Shown here: positions 1 through 4,513 of the stretch, one piece after another
Position numbering within the stretch: position 1 is the stretch's first letter
Layout of the letters: every line of letters starts with the position of its first letter
Source of the DNA: a virus
Lineage: Duplodnaviria; Heunggongvirae; Uroviricota; Caudoviricetes
Virus record (IMG/VR): IMGVR_UViG_2609459857_000001
DNA: 4,513 nucleotides
Strand: one strand, 5' to 3'
Position numbers and translations under genes: made by a program
Notes under the pieces: generated by a model
The model's input: the letters and a program-made list of their open reading frames with translations, nothing else
Told to the model about the DNA's origin: nothing
Databases searched by the model: none

Positions 1-322
1 GCGTATGAGCACCAATACCGACAGTATGTGCGTGTGCACCTGCGCTTGCAGCAGTACCCGATACAGAGTGCGTATGAGCGCCTGCAGAAGAAGTGTTAAC
101 ACTGTATTTAGAATAATCAGGTGATCCACTTCCCGGAGCACCACTGGAACCACCTGAAACAAATGTCATCGAATGGGTATGTGCACCGGCTGAAGCAGCC
201 GTACCGCTAACACTATGGGTATGCGCACCAGTGTTATTCGTGGATTTAGTGCCGTAATCAAACGACGATGTGGTTTTCGTCCCCAAATCCGTACTGGATA
301 CGCTGGCGCTGTGGGTGTGTGA
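1..322 (-). other. C-terminal His-x-His motif array of stf (probable metal-binding fibre tip), truncated by the window edge
   Basis: HTH occurs at Stf aa 976-978, 1008-1010, 1022-1024 and 1057-1059, HAH at 1071-1073, and a further His at 1080 sits at the window edge. The motifs are embedded in Gly/Ser/Thr/Ala-rich sequence. The 17-residue block [17 protein letters not shown] occurs twice (aa 1006-1022 and 1055-1071). Confidence 0.6.
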
Positions 323-3244
323 TTTAATGCCGTCCTGTTCCTGAGACAATACGGCTCGATCACTGGCGGGCTTGCCCTTAATCGTCCAGCCACGCATATC
401 AGGGATCACGCCTGACGGATAAGCAACTGCAAGTTTCGGGTAAGCAGATTTGTCAAAAGTCTGCCCCTGCATCAGGGCATAACCAGACGGAACGGTATCT
501 GATGGCCACGGGATTGGTGCGCCGACTGGATAAAACTCTGCAGGAGGATGAGCCGAGGTGTAAAGCTGCGCCCACGGCGACCAGTTTGCGTCGGTCGTAT
601 CCCGTCGTGAACGAATAAATGCCGGAGCATGATCGCCGCTGGTTCCACTCCAGCCAATAAGTAACTCACCCTCTCCTACTGCGGTTACACCAGTGAGATG
701 AAGCACATTACCATAGGTTGTTGGGTAGCCATTGTTGTATGCCTCATACATCTGAATGCCTGGTGTACCCTTTGCGCTCCCACTTAATGCCGTAACACGG
801 TTTCTGGATACTAACGTATTAATATTTATATCGCTGGAACCATCAAATTTAACTCCATTTATATTTATCGCATTTTGTAACTTGGTTGCTGTCAATGCGT
901 TACCGTTCAGACTTGCGGACAGTTTGGTTCCAATAACCAGTTCGCCGGTTGCGTTATCAATAGCAAACGGTCTTAATGTATTCCAGCCACCATAAACATC
1001 ACCTTGATTGGTAAGCAGCAGGTAAGTTTTAGCGCCATCATTACGCCATAATGCACCATACTCCCCACCTATCATTCGAATCTGATTACCACCACGCGCT
1101 ACAATTTCGTCTGTGGCAAAAAGTTTTTTGCACGACAAGTTATCGTTAACGATTAACGAATGAGACTCATAAAAACCACGCCCACTCTTAAAATCAAGGA
1201 TAACGTCCGCCGCGATACATTCAGTCGCCGGATTTGTTGCCCCAAACTTATAGGTCGTATCATTAACAACGAGATCAGCACCAGGTGCGGATATTGACAG
1301 GCCATCTTCGATAAACGCAAAAACAGGGAAAGCAGCGCCATCAACATAGAACACAGAGCGCAAATCATCGCCCTTATTACTCATCATTATTGAGTGGATG
1401 GCTCGTTCATTGTTTTGATATTGCCAGAACATTCCATAAGCATAACGCCCCCTGTCAGTCCAGCCACCAGGCATAACAAATCCGTTAAACTCGCAGTTAT
1501 TCATCGGATCGCCTGCGGTTCGCGTTGCCGTGGTGATAATGACCCTTGATGCCAGTTCGCTTACTGAGCCAGTAGAACGCATAACAACAACAGGGTAATA
1601 TTTTCCAGATGTTGCACCTGCAGGAGCGTTAACCCGCACATAACGCATACCACGCTTATCAGCAAAGTCTGTTTTACTGACCGCGTTAATGTTGTTCAGG
1701 AAGCGTCCCTTATCGGGTATATCAGCGCCGTTCTGGTCTTTCTGCAGACGTTTCTCTGCATTGTCATAGGCTGATTTTACTGCCTTTGGCGTTGCCGCCA
1801 GCGTTTCAGACGTACTGTTGGTCGCACTGCTGAGCTGTACTATCCCCTTTTTCGTCGTGCTTGCATCCTCAAGCGCCACGGCAGATGCAATATCCTCTGC
1901 TCGTTTTGCCGCTGTCTCGGCGCGCGTTGCCGCGGATTCCGCCGTACTTTTGCTCTGTGCTGCCGCCGTCGCACTGCCAGCTGCCTCTGTCGCCTTCGTG
2001 GATGCTGTCGTGGCGCTGCCCTTCGCTGCTGACGCCTGTCTGGTCGCCTCATCTTTTGAAGCAGACGCCGATGATGCCGATGACGCCGCCGAACTGGCGG
2101 ACGATGCCGCTGCCGTTTTTGAGGATTCTGCACGGGTTTCCGACGCTTTCGCGTTCGTTTCGGATGTCTTCGCTGCGGAAGCTGACCTCGCTGCTGCACT
2201 GGCCTGTTCAGTGGCTTCGCCAGCCTTCGTTGTGGCTGTTGAAGCGGACGATGCGGCGCTTTCTGCCGATTTTCCGGCGGCGCTAGCACTGGCTGAGGCC
2301 TGCCCGGCACTTGTTGACGCTGCACTGGCAGACGACGCAGCCGCTGTTTTTGAGCCTGCTGCTGCTGAGGCACTCTGTGCTGCTGCCGTTTCAGAGGACT
2401 TGGCGTTTGTCTCAGACGTCTTTGCCGCCTTCGCGGAATTTCCTGCCGCCGTTGCCGAGGAAGCGGCACTACTGGCGCTTGATGATGCGTTCGTTTCTGA
2501 TGATTTCGCTGCCTCTTTTGAGGCCGCCGCATCCCGGGCTGAGGTGGCAGCTTCTGACGCCTTTGTGGTCGCGGTGGATGCAGAAGTGGCTGCTGATTGT
2601 TGTGACGCTGCAGCATTCGTTTCTGACGTTTTCGCGGCACTGGCACTGGTAGCTGCCGCGCTTTTTGAGGACTCTGCAGCAGCAGCACTTTTCGATGCTT
2701 CAGTGGCCTTTGTTGATGCCGTTCCTGCGCTGGAAGACGCTGACTGAGCCGACGAAGCGGCCTGTCCGGCTGACGTGCTGGCTGCGCGTGCTGAGCCTGC
2801 AGCATCAGTCGCATGGGTTGCCGCCTCACGGGCTGATGTGCTGGCATCACTGGCTGACTTCTTCGCGGCTGCCGTGTTCTGTGCCACCACGGACGCGTTA
2901 CGCGCCACCTCTTCCACCATCAGCTCAAAACGGCGCAGTGCCTCCGGACGGGCATCATCCTCCGTCATGGCACCGAGAAAATCATTCAGCGTACCGGGTC
3001 GGGAATCTTCATACACTGTGATGGTCCCGGCATGTGACGGCGGGAATCCTTCCACCAACAGAATAACGCTGTACTGACCGTACTCAACGTCCATACTGTA
3101 ACGCCCGGCTTCATCCGGATTTTCTGAGGCCAGCGTGTTCACCACCACCGTGGTGCTGTTACGTTTTGCTTTCAGCTGGATTGTGCAGTTCTGTACCGGT
3201 TTTCCTGTGCCGTCTTTCAGTACACCTGAAATTTTTACTGCCAT
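1..3244 (-). CDS. stf: Side tail fibre protein of a lambdoid prophage (Stf family, long Rac-StfR-like form); 1081 codons in window, 3' end beyond the left edge
   Basis: ATG at 3244-3242 is preceded by GGGGUGAAU (SD-like). My hand translation of the minus strand gives [118 protein letters not shown]..., then a ~330-aa Ala/Ser/Thr-rich region, then ...[56 protein letters not shown]..., then ...[49 protein letters not shown]..., then ...KSHTHSAS...[20 protein letters not shown]...[27 protein letters not shown]. There is no in-frame stop across all 1081 codons. The N-terminus is recognised as the lambda Stf / E. coli prophage side-tail-fibre N-terminus. The frame is missing from the ORF track because no stop codon falls inside the window. 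Confidence 0.93.
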   Translation of the reverse strand, partial: MAVKISGVLKDGTGKPVQNCTIQLKAKRNSTTVVVNTLASENPDEAGRYSMDVEYGQYSVILLVEGFPPSHAGTITVYEDSRPGTLNDFLGAMTEDDARPEALRRFELMVEEVARNASVVAQNTAAAKKSASDASTSAREAATHATDAAGSARAASTSAGQAASSAQSASSSAGTASTKATEASKSAAAAESSKSAAATSASAAKTSETNAAASQQSAATSASTATTKASEAATSARDAAASKEAAKSSETNASSSASSAASSATAAGNSAKAAKTSETNAKSSETAAAQSASAAAGSKTAAASSASAASTSAGQASASASAAGKSAESAASSASTATTKAGEATEQASAAARSASAAKTSETNAKASETRAESSKTAAASSASSAASSASSASASKDEATRQASAAKGSATTASTKATEAAGSATAAAQSKSTAESAATRAETAAKRAEDIASAVALEDASTTKKGIVQLSSATNSTSETLAATPKAVKSAYDNAEKRLQKDQNGADIPDKGRFLNNINAVSKTDFADKRGMRYVRVNAPAGATSGKYYPVVVMRSTGSVSELASRVIITTATRTAGDPMNNCEFNGFVMPGGWTDRGRYAYGMFWQYQNNERAIHSIMMSNKGDDLRSVFYVDGAAFPVFAFIEDGLSISAPGADLVVNDTTYKFGATNPATECIAADVILDFKSGRGFYESHSLIVNDNLSCKKLFATDEIVARGGNQIRMIGGEYGALWRNDGAKTYLLLTNQGDVYGGWNTLRPFAIDNATGELVIGTKLSASLNGNALTATKLQNAININGVKFDGSSDININTLVSRNRVTALSGSAKGTPGIQMYEAYNNGYPTTYGNVLHLTGVTAVGEGELLIGWSGTSGDHAPAFIRSRRDTTDANWSPWAQLYTSAHPPAEFYPVGAPIPWPSDTVPSGYALMQGQTFDKSAYPKLAVAYPSGVIPDMRGWTIKGKPASDRAVLSQEQDGIKSHTHSASVSSTDLGTKTTSSFDYGTKSTNNTGAHTHSVSGTAASAGAHTHSMTFVSGGSSGAPGSGSPDYSKYSVNTSSAGAHTHSVSGTAASAGAHAHTVGIGAHT
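362..523 (-). other. Phage tail collar-type domain inside stf (Stf aa ~908-961)
   Basis: Sequence [49 protein letters not shown] fits the collar-domain pattern P.G(W/Y)..(C/M).G......YP.L......G.(I/L)PD(L/M)RG as I remember it from the Pfam 'Phage Tail Collar Domain'. No HMM search was run. Confidence 0.6.
1775..1846 (-). other. Conserved phage tail-fibre motif ([24 protein letters not shown]-like) inside stf
   Basis: Stf aa ~467-490 read [24 protein letters not shown], followed by [12 protein letters not shown] recognise this as the short motif widely shared among tail-fibre proteins (P2/lambda/T-even types). The Pfam assignment was not verified. Confidence 0.5.
1874..2860 (-). repeat. Protein-level heptad repeat array inside stf: 47 consecutive 7-residue units of form x-S-A-x-x-A-x (Stf aa ~129-457), a probable trimeric coiled-coil shaft
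   Basis: Parsing the translation in sevens from K129 gives [56 protein letters not shown] ... TSETNAK ... [21 protein letters not shown] with no register break. Ala sits at positions 3 and 6 of almost every unit and Ser dominates position 2. The sub-motif (T/S)SETNA(A/S/K) recurs at aa 206, 248, 276 and 360, with spacings of 42, 28 and 84 residues, all multiples of 7. At DNA level the units use varied codons, so this is a coding periodicity rather than a tandem DNA repeat. Confidence 0.8.
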
Positions 3245-3255
3245 ATTCACCCCAC

Positions 3256-3282
3256 AAAAAAGCCCACCTGAAACGGCGGGCT
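3256..3282 (-). terminator. Intrinsic terminator-like hairpin downstream of lom
   Basis: Minus-strand RNA reads AGCCCGCC-GUUUCA-GGUGGGCU, an 8-bp stem with one G-U pair, followed by UUUUUU (3261-3256) then GUGGGG. It lies between the lom stop (3309) and the stf start (3244). Confidence 0.6.
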
Positions 3283-3308
3283 GTCATAACACTGTGTTAC
3301 CTGGCTAA

Positions 3309-3908
3309 TCAGAACTTATAACCGACACCCACGATGAAACCGTCAGTGCGCCAGTCGCCACTGCCGGAGCCTTCATAAGCAATATCAATGGCCACGGATT
3401 CGGTCGGGTTAAACTGCACGCCAGCTCCCCACGCCAGAGACGTGTTGCTGTGGCGACCGTCATCACTTCCGGTCAGCACATCGTGCGTTTTCCCCTTGTT
3501 GTCAGTTACGCGGAGATAATCCCCGGAGAAAGTCGACACACGGCTGTAAGCCACACCCGCCATCGCATACGCGCTGAACCATTCATTCACGCGTACAGAC
3601 GGCCCCGCCATCACGCTGAACCAGCGGTTACGCACGGAATCTTCATGCCAGCGGGTATCGCTGTAACGGGTAATCTGGCGATTCTTGTCTCCTGCATAGC
3701 TGAACGACGTCACCATTCCCAGAGTGTCCGTAAACTCATAACGGTATTTCACGTTAATCCCGTTCAGATCATCGCTGCCGGAAACGTTCGTCGAGGCATG
3801 AAGATAGCCCGCGCTCAGCGTGGACTGATGTTCAGACGCCCATGCAGGCGCACCGGATACGGCCAGACAAATGGCTGCGGACAAAATGGCGGCATAAAGT
3901 TTACGCAT
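3309..3908 (-). CDS. lom: Outer-membrane protein Lom (Ail/Lom/PagC family 8-strand beta-barrel), a lysogeny-expressed accessory ('moron') gene
   Basis: 199-codon ORF with ATG at 3908 and TGA at 3309-3311. N-terminus [24 protein letters not shown] is a typical Sec signal peptide ending in an AxA cleavage motif. C-terminus ...GVGYKF has the terminal aromatic residue typical of beta-barrel outer-membrane proteins. The sequence is recognised as near-identical to phage lambda Lom, and it sits between J and stf as in lambda. Confidence 0.95.
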   Translation of the reverse strand: MRKLYAAILSAAICLAVSGAPAWASEHQSTLSAGYLHASTNVSGSDDLNGINVKYRYEFTDTLGMVTSFSYAGDKNRQITRYSDTRWHEDSVRNRWFSVMAGPSVRVNEWFSAYAMAGVAYSRVSTFSGDYLRVTDNKGKTHDVLTGSDDGRHSNTSLAWGAGVQFNPTESVAIDIAYEGSGSGDWRTDGFIVGVGYKF

Positions 3909-3912
3909 AATT

Positions 3913-3918
3913 ACCTCT
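3913..3918 (-). promoter_or_regulatory. Shine-Dalgarno / ribosome-binding site for lom
   Basis: Minus strand reads AGAGGU followed by AAUU and then the lom ATG (3908-3906), giving a purine-rich SD with about 4-8 nt spacing. Confidence 0.55.
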
Positions 3919-3932
3919 CGCTTTTCTGCAAT

Positions 3933-3956
3933 AAAAAAGGCGTCATTTCTGACGCC
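3933..3956 (-). terminator. Intrinsic (rho-independent) terminator-like hairpin immediately downstream of J
   Basis: Minus-strand RNA reads GGCGUCA-GAAA-UGACGCC, a perfect 7-bp GC-rich stem with a GNRA-type tetraloop (plus coords 3939-3945 / 3950-3956), followed directly by UUUUUU (3938-3933) then AUU. It lies 19 nt after the J stop codon. Confidence 0.7.
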
Positions 3957-3974
3957 CGTTATGGGTTATAAAAT

Positions 3975-4513
<539 letters not shown>

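Noticed and set aside
32-229. Possible diversity-generating retroelement (DGR) variable/template repeat pair at the 3' end of the tail fibre gene.
   Set aside because: The two repeat copies differ at synonymous sites with no bias toward adenine positions, and both encode an identical peptide. A DGR pair would show adenine-specific, amino-acid-changing differences. No reverse transcriptase gene is in the window.
756-995. Plus-strand ORF 756..995 (79 aa), and small minus-strand ORFs 166..393, 472..669 and 1153..1368.
   Set aside because: All are embedded in, and out of frame with or antisense to, the continuous stf reading frame. They are short and lack recognisable features.
1818-2850. Long alternative-frame ORFs in the supplied track: plus strand 1818..2747 (309 aa, Ala/Asp/Val-rich), minus strand 1840..2850 (336 aa, Arg/Gln/Pro-rich), plus 1861..2286 and 2311..2652. 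They could be read as overlapping or antisense genes.
   Set aside because: All lie over the Ala/Ser/Thr heptad region of stf, where codons are dominated by GCN/TCN/ACN. Such sequence is nearly stop-free in several frames on both strands. The translations are low-complexity mirror images of the stf codons and none has a convincing RBS. The true frame (minus, start 3244) has recognisable homology and is open for 1081 codons.
1874-2860. CRISPR array or tandem DNA repeat interpretation of the periodic region.
   Set aside because: The periodicity is 21 nt at the codon level with varied codons, not identical direct repeats separated by spacers. It is in frame within a long ORF whose flanks are a recognisable tail-fibre protein.
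3287-3299. Perfect palindrome TAACAC-T-GTGTTA just downstream of the lom stop codon, a possible operator-like site.
   Set aside because: A 6+6 inverted repeat is expected about once by chance in 4.5 kb. It has no flanking promoter elements or second copy. At most it may extend the terminator hairpin region.
3309-3908. Insertion-sequence disruption of lom, as I recall for the IS5-interrupted lomR of the E. coli K-12 Rac prophage.
   Set aside because: lom here is a single uninterrupted 199-codon ORF with an intact signal peptide and C-terminal barrel motif. No inverted repeats or transposase-like ORF are present.
3909-3974. Candidate sigma70 promoter for lom in the J-lom gap (TATAAC just after the J stop, TTGCAG after the terminator).
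   Set aside because: Neither hexamer has a plausible partner at 16-18 bp spacing. A start at the first site would run straight into the terminator, and the second leaves no room for a -10 element before the RBS.

Overview
This window is fully accounted for by the distal tail-fibre end of a lambda-like (lambdoid) prophage late operon, with all three genes on the minus strand: the 3' end of the tail-tip/host-specificity gene J (3975..4513, runs off the right edge), the outer-membrane protein gene lom (3309..3908), and most of a long side-tail-fibre gene stf (3244 down to 1, runs off the left edge, 1081 codons with no in-frame stop). The two short intergenic gaps (66 and 64 nt) each carry an intrinsic-terminator-like hairpin plus a ribosome-binding site. 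I translated the minus strand by hand; the stf frame is absent from the supplied ORF track only because it has no stop codon inside the window. I find no evidence of a defence system, CRISPR array, RNA gene, mobile element or unexplained ORF, and there is no unassigned space to hold one. The features worth a second look are all inside stf: an unbroken run of 47 heptads with alanine at two fixed positions (a probable long coiled-coil shaft), a C-terminal array of HxH motifs including an exact 17-residue protein repeat whose codons have been synonymously scrambled, and a sharp compositional break suggesting a mosaic junction. Protein identifications rest on my recognition of the translations and on gene order, not on any database search.
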